Part shown: positions 49,372-60,125 of the stretch, piece by piece
Position numbering within the stretch: position 1 is the first letter of the stretch
How the letters are laid out: each line of letters begins with the position of its first letter
NCBI GenBank assembly: GCA_965215605.1
Contig: OZ244070.1
Coordinates: 1,920,001-1,984,000, forward strand
Reading direction: 5' to 3'
Origin: an uncultured Candidatus Binatia bacterium
Lineage (GTDB): Bacteria; Desulfobacterota; Binatia; UBA9968; JAJDTQ01
DNA length: 64,000 nt
The notes under the pieces: generated by a model
Told to the model about the DNA's origin: nothing
The model's database searches: none
What the model saw: the letters and a program-made list of their open reading frames with translations, nothing else
Program-made: the position numbers and the translations under genes

Positions 49372-49468
49372 GGCAACGGTCTCCTTGTGGTTGATGCGGG
49401 GACTCTACCACGCCTCGACGTGTCGAACCACATTCGGTGACGCCGGGCGCGCGCGAGCGTCATATCCA

Positions 49469-49585
49469 CGCAACCGTCACACTCGCGCAAGCGTCATACG
49501 TGCGAAAGCGTGATGTCCGCGCAACCGTCACGTGAAGCTCCACCGCCCCTGGATTCCCGCCTTCGAAGGAATGACGGTTGCGCGG
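49469..49585. repeat. Degenerate palindromic (REP/MITE-like) element
   Basis: CCGCGCAACCGTCA (49517-49530) inverted at 49572-49585; TGGATTCCCGCCTTCGAAGGAATGAC core. Confidence 0.55.
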
Positions 49586-49614
49586 GTATGTGTCATTTCG
49601 TATCAACGAAAAGC

Positions 49615-50628
49615 ATGCGACCTCGACTGACTCTGTCCTGTGGTGAATACAGGCGCACCCGGCCGTTGCTGGACGGGCGCGTGGCCGTGGCCGGCTACGA
49701 CATCGACATCCTCCCCGACCCGTTCCCGCCCACCGGCATCCTGGGCGACTACCAGTACCCGCGCACCCTCCGCATGCTCGACGAGAAGGCCTTCGACATC
49801 TGCGAGATGGGCATGGCGCCGCTGGTGACCGCACTCTCGCAGGGCGCACCGCTCGTGGCCATCCCGGTCTTTCACTACCGCCGCTTCCGGCACCGCTACA
49901 TCTTCTGCCGCGGCGCGGCGGGCATCGAAACTCCCGCCGACCTCGCCGGGCGTCGCGTGGGCGTGCGCCGTATCAACCAGAGCGCTGCCGTGTGGGCCCG
50001 GGCGCTACTGCAGCACGACTACGGCGTCGACCTGAAAGACATCACCTGGGTGGTGACCCTGGACGTGCCGCTGCGCGACGCGGTGCGCAACGAGCTCGAC
50101 CTGGAGGTGGCGCGTCCGGGAGAGAGTCTGGAGGAGTTGTTGGTGCGGGGCGACATCGACGCCATGATTGAGGCCTCCAATCTGAGCCCGGCCGGGCGCG
50201 AAGCCGCCGGCATGCGCCGCCTGCTGGGCGAGGACACGCGCCAGCTCGAAGTGGACTACTACGCCCGCACCGGCTTCTTCCCCATCATGCACGCCATCGC
50301 GCTGTGGCGGGACGTGGCCGAGCGCCACGAGGGCCTGTGCCAGGCGCTCTACGACGCGTTCCTTCAGGCCAGAGCGGTGGGGAACGAGGGCGGCGAGCCG
50401 TCCTCGCGGTACGTTCTGGCATCCGAGGAGGAAGAGTGGTGGGAGTCGCTCACGCCGGAACAGGCGGAGATCCTGTGCGGCGGCCCCGGACGTCCACGGG
50501 ACCCCTGGCGCTACTCCCTCGATGAGGACGGCAAGACCGTCGAGGCGTTCCTCGACTATGCCTGTGAGCAGGGGCTCACGCCGGAGCGCTACCGGACCGA
50601 GGATCTGTTCGTCGTGCCCGGGAAATGA
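49615..50628 (+). CDS. 4,5-dihydroxyphthalate decarboxylase-like / SBP-fold protein
   Basis: CGEYRRTRPLLDGRV, FDICEM, IPVF..RRFRH, GFFPIMH. Confidence 0.8.
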   Translation: MRPRLTLSCGEYRRTRPLLDGRVAVAGYDIDILPDPFPPTGILGDYQYPRTLRMLDEKAFDICEMGMAPLVTALSQGAPLVAIPVFHYRRFRHRYIFCRGAAGIETPADLAGRRVGVRRINQSAAVWARALLQHDYGVDLKDITWVVTLDVPLRDAVRNELDLEVARPGESLEELLVRGDIDAMIEASNLSPAGREAAGMRRLLGEDTRQLEVDYYARTGFFPIMHAIALWRDVAERHEGLCQALYDAFLQARAVGNEGGEPSSRYVLASEEEEWWESLTPEQAEILCGGPGRPRDPWRYSLDEDGKTVEAFLDYACEQGLTPERYRTEDLFVVPGK

Positions 50629-50650
50629 CGGGTCCGAGGCTTGAGTACCG

Positions 50651-51175
50651 CTACCCTGCGGCGGTTCTTCTCGTGGTGCCCGGGAGGTCCGGCGCGTAGG
50701 CGCCTTCGGTGTCCCATTCCACGGTGTCGCCGACGCGGATGGTGCCGCTGTTGAGCACCTGGGCGCGCACGCCGCCCCGGTGGACCAACCCCTGCATCAC
50801 GTTCTTGCCCGTGAGCTTGACGAGGTTGACGCAGGGCTCGCACACGCGCAGCCCGCGCATCCGTACCTCACCCACCGAGAACTCCCGGCCCAGCACCAGG
50901 TGGTTGAGGGGAACGCCGCGGGTGGTGATGTTGCGACGGCTGTCCTTGGGGTCCAGCGTGGTGCCGTAGTCCCGCTCCATGGCCTCGAGCGCTTCCGCCT
51001 CGATGAGCGTCACCTCCCGGTCCGGACCCGGGTTGTGCGAGTAGCTGCCCACCTGTTTGCAGTAGCGGTCCCCTTCGAGTCCTTTGCCTTCTATCGCGAG
51101 GACCTCCTGACGATTCTCCATGTCGCCCTTGGCGTCCTTCGCGATCTGTATCGAGACAACCGTTCCTTTGGCCAT
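50651..51175 (-). CDS. MOSC domain protein
   Basis: GLEGDRY, RRNITTRG, CEPC, RGGVRA, IRVGD. Confidence 0.88.
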   Translation of the reverse strand: MAKGTVVSIQIAKDAKGDMENRQEVLAIEGKGLEGDRYCKQVGSYSHNPGPDREVTLIEAEALEAMERDYGTTLDPKDSRRNITTRGVPLNHLVLGREFSVGEVRMRGLRVCEPCVNLVKLTGKNVMQGLVHRGGVRAQVLNSGTIRVGDTVEWDTEGAYAPDLPGTTRRTAAG

Positions 51176-51249
51176 GACGTCTCCTTGATCTGTTGGGGTC
51201 ATACCTTGGACTCCGTTCACCCTGGAAATAGTGTGCGTTTTCCAGTGGG

Positions 51250-52359
51250 TTAGAGCCGGTCCTGCATCCAGTCAAGCATGAAGGGCACGTTGTGCCCCCA
51301 GTAGTCGTGGCTGCAATGGATGGCGCCGCCGGCAGCCGCGTCTTCGTAGATCCTGAGGGTCTTGTCCTCGCTGCCGATGGCTCCGTGAAGCCGCCTGGCG
51401 CCTTCGACATCCATCAGCCGGTCGGCGGCGCCGTGGGTGATGAGGGTCGGGCAGGTGATGTTCCCGGCGGCGCCCTCCATGGTGAAGTCCTTGAGGCGCT
51501 CCCGGGCCTCTTCGTCGCTCACGCCGCCCAGCAGCCGCTGCACCACGGGCCGGAGGTGCTCGCAGAAGATGTACAGGTCGTGCAGCACGCTGTAGCAGCC
51601 GCTCCAGCCCACCAGCGCCTTGATGCGCGGGTCGAAGGCGGCGAGACGTGGGGCGTAGTAGCCGGCCATGCTGATGCCGATGAGGCCGATGCGATCCGGG
51701 TCCACCTCCGGCCGGGATGCCAGGTAGTCGATGCAGGCCTTGCCGGGCACCTCGTAGTCGGGCCGTGTCGGGATGCCCTTGACGTACATGGAGGAGCCCC
51801 GTCCGGGGGTGTCCACCAGCAGCAGCGCCCAGCCGTACTCCGTCACCTGCCGGCCGCTGAAGAATATCTCCTCGGCGAAGGCGTCGGCGCCGCCGATGAG
51901 GAACACCGCGGGCCACTTGCCCGGCGCCGGGTACTTGGGGTGGCAGAAGTAGCCGTCGTACTCCTCGTCGCCGCAGCGCACGGTGATGACCTCCATGGGC
52001 GGGTTGTGCAGCGCCGCGGCCTCCCGGAAGCTGGCCTGGGACAGCTTGAACCGCTCGGCCTTGACGTCGTTCTCGGCGATGGTGAGGAACACGTCGGACA
52101 TGCGGTAGTACTGGTTGGCGTGGAAGAAGAACAGCAGGGCCGTGCGCTGGTGGCCCTTGGACAGGGCCTCCCGCGCCTTGTCCTCGGTCCGCCGGGCGAG
52201 GTCGAGCCAGGCCCGCTCCCAGCCCTTCCGGTCGTTGGGGTCCAGGTCGCGGCACAGCCGCGCGATGTCGAAGGCGTCGCCACCCCCCTGCTGAGCCTCG
52301 GCCACGAGCCGAAGCGTCTGGGAACCCATGACGTTGGTGGGGAAGAAGAAGTCGATCAT
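51250..52359 (-). CDS. Alpha/beta hydrolase, FrsA/dihydropseudooxynicotine hydrolase-like
   Basis: GGADAFAEE, DTPGRG, GISMAGYYAPR, terminal HC. Confidence 0.85.
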   Translation of the reverse strand: MIDFFFPTNVMGSQTLRLVAEAQQGGGDAFDIARLCRDLDPNDRKGWERAWLDLARRTEDKAREALSKGHQRTALLFFFHANQYYRMSDVFLTIAENDVKAERFKLSQASFREAAALHNPPMEVITVRCGDEEYDGYFCHPKYPAPGKWPAVFLIGGADAFAEEIFFSGRQVTEYGWALLLVDTPGRGSSMYVKGIPTRPDYEVPGKACIDYLASRPEVDPDRIGLIGISMAGYYAPRLAAFDPRIKALVGWSGCYSVLHDLYIFCEHLRPVVQRLLGGVSDEEARERLKDFTMEGAAGNITCPTLITHGAADRLMDVEGARRLHGAIGSEDKTLRIYEDAAAGGAIHCSHDYWGHNVPFMLDWMQDRL

Positions 52360-52381
52360 GAATTGCTCCGGTGCGGGCGGC

Positions 52382-53368
52382 TCACGGCAGGTTGTAAAGC
52401 CGCCTGGCGTTGCCCTCGGTGATGTTGTAGCGGTCCTCGTCGCTCAGGCCCGGGACCGACTCGAAGATGGGGACCACTTCCTCGAAGTTGCGCCCGGTCT
52501 GGGGGTCGGTGGCGTTCACCGCGCCGAACATCTCGGTGGCGAACAGCACGCGGTCGGCCCCGACCCGCTTGATCAGCAGCTCCATGCCCTCGGCGTCGTA
52601 GATGGCCATGTCCCAGTAGACCCGGCGGGCCGCCTCCTCGAAGGGCTCCAGGCCCTCCTTCACGTGCATGCCCCGGTGGCGGTTCCACTGGTAGGGCACG
52701 GCGCCGCCGCCGTGGGGGATGACGATCTTGAGCTTGGGGAAGTCCTGGAACACGCGCGAGCTCAGCAACTCCACGGCGCCGTTGTGGTGCTGCCCGATGT
52801 AGTACGAGCTGGTGGTGTGGAAGGCCGGGTTCAGGGACGCGCTGGCATGGATGGTGCCCGGTATGTCCAGTTCCACCATCTTCTCCCACAGGGGGTACCA
52901 CCACTCGTCCCCCAGGGACGGCGTCCAGGGCTCCCGGCCGCTGCACAGATCCGGGTTGATGTTGCAGGCGATGAAGCCCTGTTCCTTGACGCAGCGCTCC
53001 AGCTCCTCCACCCAGCTCTTCGGATCGACCCCCGGCGACTGCGGAAGCTGGCAAACCGGCGAGACCTTGTCGGGCCACAGCCTGGCGACGCGGGCGATAA
53101 GGTCGTTGCACGCCTCGCTCCAGTACCGGCTGATGAGCTCGGAGCCGAAGTGGTGGCCCATGGCCGAGGCCTGGGGCGAGAACAGCAGCCGGTCGATGCC
53201 GGTATCGGCCATTCTCTCGAACTGCGAGCGCATGGACTGTTCGAGTTCTTCGTCGCTGACGTTGAGGTTGGCGGGCGTCGGACGCGCCTGGTTGACGATC
53301 TGGCGGGCGCGAAAGGACTGAAGTGTTGCCGGCGCCGTGGTGAAATGTGCGTGAGCGTCGATGATCAC
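52382..53368 (-). CDS. Amidohydrolase, 4-oxalomesaconate hydratase (LigJ)-like
   Basis: IIDAHAHFTTAP, FSPQASAMGHH, CQLPQSPG, IPHGGGAVPY, LFATEMFGAV. Confidence 0.82.
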   Translation of the reverse strand: MIIDAHAHFTTAPATLQSFRARQIVNQARPTPANLNVSDEELEQSMRSQFERMADTGIDRLLFSPQASAMGHHFGSELISRYWSEACNDLIARVARLWPDKVSPVCQLPQSPGVDPKSWVEELERCVKEQGFIACNINPDLCSGREPWTPSLGDEWWYPLWEKMVELDIPGTIHASASLNPAFHTTSSYYIGQHHNGAVELLSSRVFQDFPKLKIVIPHGGGAVPYQWNRHRGMHVKEGLEPFEEAARRVYWDMAIYDAEGMELLIKRVGADRVLFATEMFGAVNATDPQTGRNFEEVVPIFESVPGLSDEDRYNITEGNARRLYNLP

Positions 53369-53549
53369 GAGGGTAAACCTCCAGGGAGTCCATGTGCCGT
53401 CCGGTGCAGAACGGCAGTGCCTGCAGGAACAGGAGACTACACTAGCAAAGCCCGGTAGGACAGGCTATAGGCTTAGGCCGACCGGGTCCGCAAAGGAGGG
53501 CAGAAGCCGGCGCTTTCGCCGGTACCGGAACCCCCTCAAGGAGCGACAC

Positions 53550-54410
53550 ATGGCCGAAATCCCACGTCTCAACGGTGTCATCAAGGCGCTGGAGGAAGGC
53601 AAGACGGCCTTCGTGAGCTTTACTTCCAACGATATCGAGACCGCCATCGCCATGGCCGGCGCGAAGCTTGACGGCGTGGCTTTCGAGATGGAGCACGCGC
53701 CCTTGGACATCCCTGGCTTGAGGCACTCGTTGCAGTACATGCTGGACCGGCGGCAGTTGGTGGACCGCGGCACCCTCGGCCCCGCCGTGACGCCAATGGT
53801 GCGGATCCCGCCCAACGGCAACGAGATGAACCAGTGGCTGGCCAAGCAGGTGCTGGACATCGGCGTCTACGGCATCATCTTCCCCCACGTCAGCTCGGTG
53901 GAGGAGGCGCGCAACGCGGTGTCGGCGTGCCGCTACCCGCGGCTTTCGTCCGAGCCGCTCTACGATCCGCCGGGCATCCGCGGCGACGCGCCCACCCGCG
54001 CCGCCCGCTACTGGGGGCTGACGCAGCAGGAATACTACAAGCGCGCGGACGTGTGGCCGCTGGCGCCGGACGGCGAGATCCTGGTGGTGATCCAGTGCGA
54101 GGAGGTCCGCGCCATCGAGAACCTGCCGGCGATGCTCAAGGAGGTCCCGGGCATCGGCGTGGTGCTGATCGGGGAAGGGGACCTGAGCCAGGAACTGGGC
54201 CACCCGCGCGACTACGACCACCCGGTGGTGGCCGACCACATCAACCGGATCCTGGACATCTGCAAGGAACACGACGTCCCCTGCGGCCACCCGCATCCGA
54301 GCGCCGGCAACCTGGAGCGGCTGGTGGAGGCGGGCTTCCGCTTCCTCATGCCCGGCGCGCCGCGCTCCTTCGAGGTGCTGAACCGTGCGCGGGAACTGAC
54401 AGGACGTTAG
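53550..54410 (+). CDS. HpcH/HpaI aldolase family protein
   Basis: EMEH, VRIP, KQVLDIGVYGIIFPHV, IQCE, IGEGDLS. Confidence 0.88.
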   Translation: MAEIPRLNGVIKALEEGKTAFVSFTSNDIETAIAMAGAKLDGVAFEMEHAPLDIPGLRHSLQYMLDRRQLVDRGTLGPAVTPMVRIPPNGNEMNQWLAKQVLDIGVYGIIFPHVSSVEEARNAVSACRYPRLSSEPLYDPPGIRGDAPTRAARYWGLTQQEYYKRADVWPLAPDGEILVVIQCEEVRAIENLPAMLKEVPGIGVVLIGEGDLSQELGHPRDYDHPVVADHINRILDICKEHDVPCGHPHPSAGNLERLVEAGFRFLMPGAPRSFEVLNRARELTGR

Positions 54411-54426
54411 AAAGGGGACCAACGCA

Positions 54427-55056
54427 ATGGCCATGGTAAAGCTCGATCCGCCCGAACAACTCAACATGAGCCTCGGCGAGGCCATGTTCACCCAGCGGGC
54501 CATCCGCAGGCTGAAGCCGGACCCCATCAGCGACGAAGACCTCAAGACGCTGATGGATGCGGCGTCCAAGGCGCCCAGTTCGCGAAACGAGCAGAGCGGG
54601 CGGTTTCTGGTGGTGCGGGATCGGGACAGGATCTGCAGGTTCGGGGAGCTGTATCGTGAGGCGTGGTGGGCGAAGCGGCCCGCCGGCTGGACTCCGGAAG
54701 GCGTTCCGGAGGGGGACCTGCATCTCTCGGCTATGCGCCTGGCGGACGCGATGAAGGACGTTCCGCTGGTGGTGCTGGCAGTCTCCACGTCTCAAGGACA
54801 GGCCAGCTCGGTCCTTCCCGCGGTGCAGAACCTGATGCTGGCGGCGCGGGCGCTGGGTATCGGGTCGGTCTTGACCACCCTCCATGCCTGCGTCACCGAC
54901 CGGATCCACGAGCTGTTCAGGATTCCGGCGGAAGCCCAGGTCCACTGCTGCATCCCGCTGGGTTATCCCGAGGGCCGGTTCGGCACGACCACGCGCCGCC
55001 CCACCGCCGAGACTACCTACTACGAGGAGTGGGGCACCCCGCCGCCCTGGGAGTAG
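54427..55056 (+). CDS. Nitroreductase family protein
   Basis: TQRAIRRL, KAPSSRNEQ, AVQNLMLAARALGIGS, PLGYP. Confidence 0.9.
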   Translation: MAMVKLDPPEQLNMSLGEAMFTQRAIRRLKPDPISDEDLKTLMDAASKAPSSRNEQSGRFLVVRDRDRICRFGELYREAWWAKRPAGWTPEGVPEGDLHLSAMRLADAMKDVPLVVLAVSTSQGQASSVLPAVQNLMLAARALGIGSVLTTLHACVTDRIHELFRIPAEAQVHCCIPLGYPEGRFGTTTRRPTAETTYYEEWGTPPPWE

Positions 55057-55074
55057 ACGGGCCGGCCGCCTTGC

Positions 55075-56094
55075 CTACAGCCCGTACAACGCCCGCGCGT
55101 TGTCGCCGAGGATCTTGTCGACGATGGCGGCCGGCACCGAGCCGTCGGTGCGGAGCATGCGCAGCGCCTCGATCTGGCTCGATGTGTCGTTGTGGCCGTA
55201 GTCGGTGCCGATGACGAGGTTGTCCTCGCCCGCGTCCTTGAGGATCACCGGCAGGTCGTCGGTGGTCTGGCAGGCCACGTACATGTGGTTCTCGGCCATG
55301 ATGTTGTCGGGGATGGGCCTCCCGAACTTCTGCAGGCGGAGCCGGAGGTCGTTCAGGGCGTAGGGCACCCACTGGGCGCTCACCTCCACGAAGCCCCAGC
55401 GGAGCTTGGGGAACAGCGCCGGAGTGCCGTCCATGAGCAGCGAGTGGAATGTCCCCACCACCGGCAGCTTGAAGCGCGAGAAGCCGGTCTCGCCTTCGTA
55501 GAGGTCGTGGATGGCGGTGCTGTTGGTGCCGGCGTGGACGCAGATGGGGAGGTCCAACTCGGTGGCGATCTCGTAGAGCGGGAACAGCTCGGGGTTGCTC
55601 AGGCGCTTCTCGTGCTCGACCCCGCGCATGAAGATGCCGCAGGCGCCGTTGTCCCTGGCGAATTCCAGCTCTCCGCGCAGCGCGTCCATGGATAGCAGGG
55701 GCGGCATGCACACCCACCGCAGCCGGCCCTGGCCCTTCTTCCAGACTTCCGCCAGCCAGCGGTTGTAGCTCTTGCACATGGCCATTTCGGTGAGCCGGTT
55801 CTGGGTGCAGGGGCGCAGCATCAGCGTGGGGTAGAGCACCTGCACGTCCACTTCCAGCTCGTCCATGTGCTTGACCCGGGCGTCGACATCGCGCATCTCG
55901 CGCTGGTCGGCGGAGGTGTTGGGGCCGATGTTGTTGTTCTTGACGTGCAGCCGGTTGTCCACCACCCAGTACTCGGGGCCGCCTTCCTGCTTGACCGCGA
56001 ACGGCGCGTGGGCGCGTTCCTGCTCGGTCATGAACTCCCAGGTAAACGGTGTTTCGACGACATGGGCGTCCGCGTCGATGGTTCTCGGGGTCAT
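55075..56094 (-). CDS. Amidohydrolase family protein
   Basis: IDADAHVVE, YNRWL, ICVH, GTDYGH, NARALY. Confidence 0.9.
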   Translation of the reverse strand: MTPRTIDADAHVVETPFTWEFMTEQERAHAPFAVKQEGGPEYWVVDNRLHVKNNNIGPNTSADQREMRDVDARVKHMDELEVDVQVLYPTLMLRPCTQNRLTEMAMCKSYNRWLAEVWKKGQGRLRWVCMPPLLSMDALRGELEFARDNGACGIFMRGVEHEKRLSNPELFPLYEIATELDLPICVHAGTNSTAIHDLYEGETGFSRFKLPVVGTFHSLLMDGTPALFPKLRWGFVEVSAQWVPYALNDLRLRLQKFGRPIPDNIMAENHMYVACQTTDDLPVILKDAGEDNLVIGTDYGHNDTSSQIEALRMLRTDGSVPAAIVDKILGDNARALYGL

Positions 56095-56134
56095 GGCTTG
56101 TCTCCGTCTTGTCGGGTTCCTGCCCGCTCTCGGC

Positions 56135-57226
56135 TTAGTTGGGCGCGATGTCGTAGAGCCGCCGTGCGTTCTGGCCCATGATCTTGGGGAGCGAGTCCGC
56201 GGCGATGTCGTCCCGGTCCAGCACTTCCTTGACCACGTTGGGGAACTTGCAGTCGCCGTGGTTGTAGTCCGAGGCGAATACTAGGCGGTCGTCGCCGATG
56301 AAGTCCATGACGTAGGGCAGGGTGGTCTCGTCGGGCTCGAAGGAGAAGTAGACGTCCCGCTGCCGGATGTACTCGCTCGGCGGCATGGTCAGCAGCGGCA
56401 CGGCGGCCTGCATGTACTCGTAGTGCTCGTCAAGCCGCTCCATCCAGAACGGCACCCAGCCGGCGCCGGCTTCCAGAAACGCCACCTTGAGCTTCGGGAA
56501 CTTCTCCAGCACGCCGCCGCCGATGACGCACATGACGCCGATCATCTGCTCGAAGGGATGGGTGGTGGCGTGCACGAACAGCGCGTTGTCGAAGCGGTCG
56601 GCGGCGGCCGCCGGCCGGCCCGAGCCCACGTGGACGCACACGGGCACGCCCAGCTCCTCGGCGGTGGCGTAGAACGGGTCGAAGTCGGGATGGTCGAGGT
56701 TGCGCCCGGCGGAGTGGGCCGAGGTGGCCGCGGCCACGAAGCCGAGGTCCTGGACGCAACGCCGCAACTCGGCGGCGGCCTCCGCCGGATCCTGCATGGG
56801 CACGCAGGCCACGCCCTTGAGCCGTTCCGGCGCATGTTGGCAGTACTCGTGGAGCCAGTTGTTGTAGGCCTTGGCGACGGCGCAGGCGTAGTCCTTGTCT
56901 TCCAGGAACGGCAGGCTCAGGAACACCGTGGTGCCGAAGTTGACCGAGGTCGTGATTTGCTCGAGGTCCATGTCCTTGAGCCGTTGCACCGGGTCCCACA
57001 TGCCGGTGGTGGGCTGAGGCGAGCGGTTGTGGGGCACGGCGCCGATGCCGCAGCCCACCCCCGAGGGCTTGGCCCAGATGCGGCCTTCCATGAGCAGTTG
57101 CTCGCGGCCGTCGGCCTTGACCACCCGGGGCGCCTTCTTCTTGTAAGGCCCCTCCAGCAGTTCCTCCCAAGGGGCGAACTTCTCCTGCACGTGACCGTCG
57201 GCGTCGATGATCGGGAAACTTGCCAT
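56135..57226 (-). CDS. Amidohydrolase family protein
   Basis: IDADGHV, AYNNWL, FLEAGAGW, ASDYNHGD. Confidence 0.9.
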   Translation of the reverse strand: MASFPIIDADGHVQEKFAPWEELLEGPYKKKAPRVVKADGREQLLMEGRIWAKPSGVGCGIGAVPHNRSPQPTTGMWDPVQRLKDMDLEQITTSVNFGTTVFLSLPFLEDKDYACAVAKAYNNWLHEYCQHAPERLKGVACVPMQDPAEAAAELRRCVQDLGFVAAATSAHSAGRNLDHPDFDPFYATAEELGVPVCVHVGSGRPAAAADRFDNALFVHATTHPFEQMIGVMCVIGGGVLEKFPKLKVAFLEAGAGWVPFWMERLDEHYEYMQAAVPLLTMPPSEYIRQRDVYFSFEPDETTLPYVMDFIGDDRLVFASDYNHGDCKFPNVVKEVLDRDDIAADSLPKIMGQNARRLYDIAPN

Positions 57227-57324
57227 GGCTGTCTCCTGTTCGTCGTGAGGGCAAACGAGGCGGCCTGCATCGGGGGTGCGGATACAGGCCGCCCGTGTCT
57301 AGCCGTCAACAGCGGAAAAGCCGG

Positions 57325-57984
57325 TTACTTGAGGTGCTTGGCCAGGAACTCGGTGCTCCGCTCCCACGCCAGGTTGGCGGCGTCGGCGTTGTAGGCCGCG
57401 CCGGTCTCGTTACCGAACGCGTGCTGCGCCTGATATCGGTAGATCTCGTGGGTGACGTTGCCCTCCTTGAGGCGCGTTTCCAGGGCATCCACTTTGTCCG
57501 GGGTGAAGAACCCGTCCTCCAGCGCGAAGTGGCCCTGGAAGGGGATTGAGATGGTGCGCGTGTCGGCCGCTTCCTCGGGCGGAACGCCGTACCAGCAGCA
57601 GGCCGCGTCCGCGGCCTTGGAGTACACCGCCGCCAGCACGGTGAGTGCGCCGCCCATGCAGAAGCCGATGACCCCCACCTTGGGGCAGCTCTGCTTCAGG
57701 TGCTCCACCGCGCTGCATACGTCCGTGTTGGCATCCCCGAAGTCGAGGTTCTGCATCATGTGGCTGGCTTCTTCCGCCTCCACCGTCACCTTGCCCTTGT
57801 AGAGATCCGGAACCACGGAGGTGTATCCCAAACCCGCCAGCCGGTCGGCCACGCCCTTGATCTGGTCGTTGACGCCCCACCACTCCTGGATCACCACCAT
57901 ACCCGGCGCGTTGTCGCCGGCCGAAGCACAATAGCCCGAGGCCTCCTTGCCGTCGGGCCGCTTGAACGTGATTGTCTCTCCCAT
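57325..57984 (-). CDS. Dienelactone hydrolase family protein
   Basis: QEWWG, GFCMGG, HAF. Confidence 0.92.
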   Translation of the reverse strand: MGETITFKRPDGKEASGYCASAGDNAPGMVVIQEWWGVNDQIKGVADRLAGLGYTSVVPDLYKGKVTVEAEEASHMMQNLDFGDANTDVCSAVEHLKQSCPKVGVIGFCMGGALTVLAAVYSKAADAACCWYGVPPEEAADTRTISIPFQGHFALEDGFFTPDKVDALETRLKEGNVTHEIYRYQAQHAFGNETGAAYNADAANLAWERSTEFLAKHLK

Positions 57985-58239
57985 GACTCTACCTCCTCCT
58001 GGAGTTTTCTGGATATCGTCCGGCGTCGGACGCTGAACGAAGCGAGTCAGAATAGTACGTCTCCGCTAGAGAGTCTAGTGTCTCCCGGTGTCCCCGCGCG
58101 GAGTATCGGGAGCGCCGTTTGCGCAGTTGACGCACGATTCCGATTCTTGTTAAGAAATACCGCGCATTCAGGGCTTTCGCGTCTTCACGCCCGCCACGGC
58201 GGTCCGGAATCAGCGGAACAGGAAGAGAGGGACACGCAA

Positions 58240-58737
58240 TTGACCGAGGATGAAGTACTACAGATATTGGACTTGGTGGAGAAATCGAACTTCGATTATC
58301 TCGACCTTGAGATCGGCGATCTGAAGCTCACGGTCAGCAAGTCGGGAGTACCTGCCGTCCCCGCAACCGTCAGCGTGGCCCAAGCGGCCCCCGCGCCCGC
58401 CGCAGCGGCCGCGGCTCCGGCTCCCGCGGCTCCCGAGCCGGCCCCGGCGGCGGAGAGCGCGCCCGCGGCCCAGCCGGTCACCGTCAAGGAAGGCACCGTA
58501 GCCATTCCCGCACCCATGGTCGGCACTTTTTACGCCACGCCGGAGCCCGGCGCGGCGGCGTTCGTCAAGCTGGGCGACCATGTGGATGCCGAGACCACGG
58601 TGGGCCTCGTGGAGGTCATGAAGGTCTTCAACGCGGTGAGCTCCAACGTTGCCGGCACCATCGACGAGGTCTGCGTGGAGAGCGGCCAGTTCGTCGAGCA
58701 TGGTCAGACCCTCTTCCTGGTCCGTCCGGATGCCTAA
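58240..58737 (+). CDS. accB: Biotin carboxyl carrier protein
   Basis: Ala/Pro linker, APMVGTFY, EVMK biotin site; TTG start inferred. Confidence 0.88.
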   Translation: MTEDEVLQILDLVEKSNFDYLDLEIGDLKLTVSKSGVPAVPATVSVAQAAPAPAAAAAAPAPAAPEPAPAAESAPAAQPVTVKEGTVAIPAPMVGTFYATPEPGAAAFVKLGDHVDAETTVGLVEVMKVFNAVSSNVAGTIDEVCVESGQFVEHGQTLFLVRPDA

Positions 58738-58760
58738 ACAGGGTTTCGAGGGTTCCCCCC

Positions 58761-60125
58761 GTGGCCGTTAACCGTCTCTTGGTCGCCAACCGGGGCGAGA
58801 TCGCGGTCCGTATCATCCGGGCCTGCCAGTCCCTGGGCATCGAGTCGGTGGCGGTGGTTTCGGAGGCCGACCGGGACAGCATGCCGGCCCGCTTGGCGAA
58901 CCGTGCCGTCTGCATCGGCCCGGCCCGTTCCACCGAGAGCTACCTCAAGGTCGAGGCGCTGGTGGCCACGGCCCTGGGCACCGGTTGCGACGCCCTCCAT
59001 CCGGGCTACGGTTTTCTGGCCGAGAAGTCCGAGCTGGCCGAGGCCTGCGCCAAGCACGGCGTCACGTTCGTGGGCCCGCGCGCCGACAGTATCCGGCAGA
59101 TGGGCAACAAGCTGCTGGCACGGGCTACCGTGGGCGCCTTCGGCATCCCGCTGGTGCCCGGCTCCGACAACGTCCGCGGCTTCGAGGACGCGGCCGGTGT
59201 GGCGGCGGAGGTAGGCTACCCGGTGTTGCTGAAAGCGGCGGCCGGAGGCGGCGGCAAGGGCATCAAGATCGTCCGGGAGGACGGCGAGCTCCAGACCGCC
59301 TTCGAAACCGCTTCGGCGGAGGCCCGGGCGGCCTTCGGCGATCCCACCTTGTACATGGAGCGGTACGTCCCCAACGCCCGGCACATCGAGGTGCAGGTCA
59401 TCGGCGACCGTTTCGGCAACGTGGTGCACGTGGGCGAGCGCGACTGCTCGCTGCAACGGCGCTACCAGAAGGTGGTGGAGGAGGCGCCGGCGGCGTGCAT
59501 CCCGGTGGAGTTGAGGGAACGCATCCGCGAGGCCGGGCACAGGGTCGCCAAGGAGATCAAGTACGAGAACGCCGGCACCGTGGAGTTCATCTATGACGAA
59601 GACCGGCAGGACTTCTTCTTCCTGGAGATGAACACCCGCATCCAGGTGGAGCATCCCGTCACCGAGATGGTCACGGGGCTCGACCTCGTGCGGGAGCAGA
59701 TTCGCGTGGCCGGCGGCGAACGGCTGTCGTTCTCCCAGGAGGACGTCCGCTTCAGCGGCCACGCCATCGAGTGCCGCATCACAGCCGAGGCCCCGTGGCA
59801 GGGGTTCCGGCCGTGTCCCGGCGTGCTCACGGAGTGGCGCCCGCCGGAGGGGCCGGGCATCCGGGTGGACACCCAGTGCTTCCCGGGCTACCGCGTCCCG
59901 CCGTTCTACGACTCGCTGCTGGCCAAGCTCATCGTCCATGCCGACGACCGCGAGCAGGCGGTGGCGCGCATGAGGCAGTCGCTCGCCCAGTTCGCCGCCG
60001 CCGGCATCGACACCACCATCCCGTTCCTGAGCGCGGTCATGGATGAGCCGGACTACGTCAGCGGCAAGATCAGCACCCGCTGGCTGGAAGGGCACCTGGA
60101 CGACCTGACGGCCCGCCACGCGTAG
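58761..60125 (+). CDS. accC: Biotin carboxylase
   Basis: ANRGEIA, HPGYGF, GGGGKG, RDCS, EMNTRIQVEH, YDSLLAK. Confidence 0.95.
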   Translation: MAVNRLLVANRGEIAVRIIRACQSLGIESVAVVSEADRDSMPARLANRAVCIGPARSTESYLKVEALVATALGTGCDALHPGYGFLAEKSELAEACAKHGVTFVGPRADSIRQMGNKLLARATVGAFGIPLVPGSDNVRGFEDAAGVAAEVGYPVLLKAAAGGGGKGIKIVREDGELQTAFETASAEARAAFGDPTLYMERYVPNARHIEVQVIGDRFGNVVHVGERDCSLQRRYQKVVEEAPAACIPVELRERIREAGHRVAKEIKYENAGTVEFIYDEDRQDFFFLEMNTRIQVEHPVTEMVTGLDLVREQIRVAGGERLSFSQEDVRFSGHAIECRITAEAPWQGFRPCPGVLTEWRPPEGPGIRVDTQCFPGYRVPPFYDSLLAKLIVHADDREQAVARMRQSLAQFAAAGIDTTIPFLSAVMDEPDYVSGKISTRWLEGHLDDLTARHA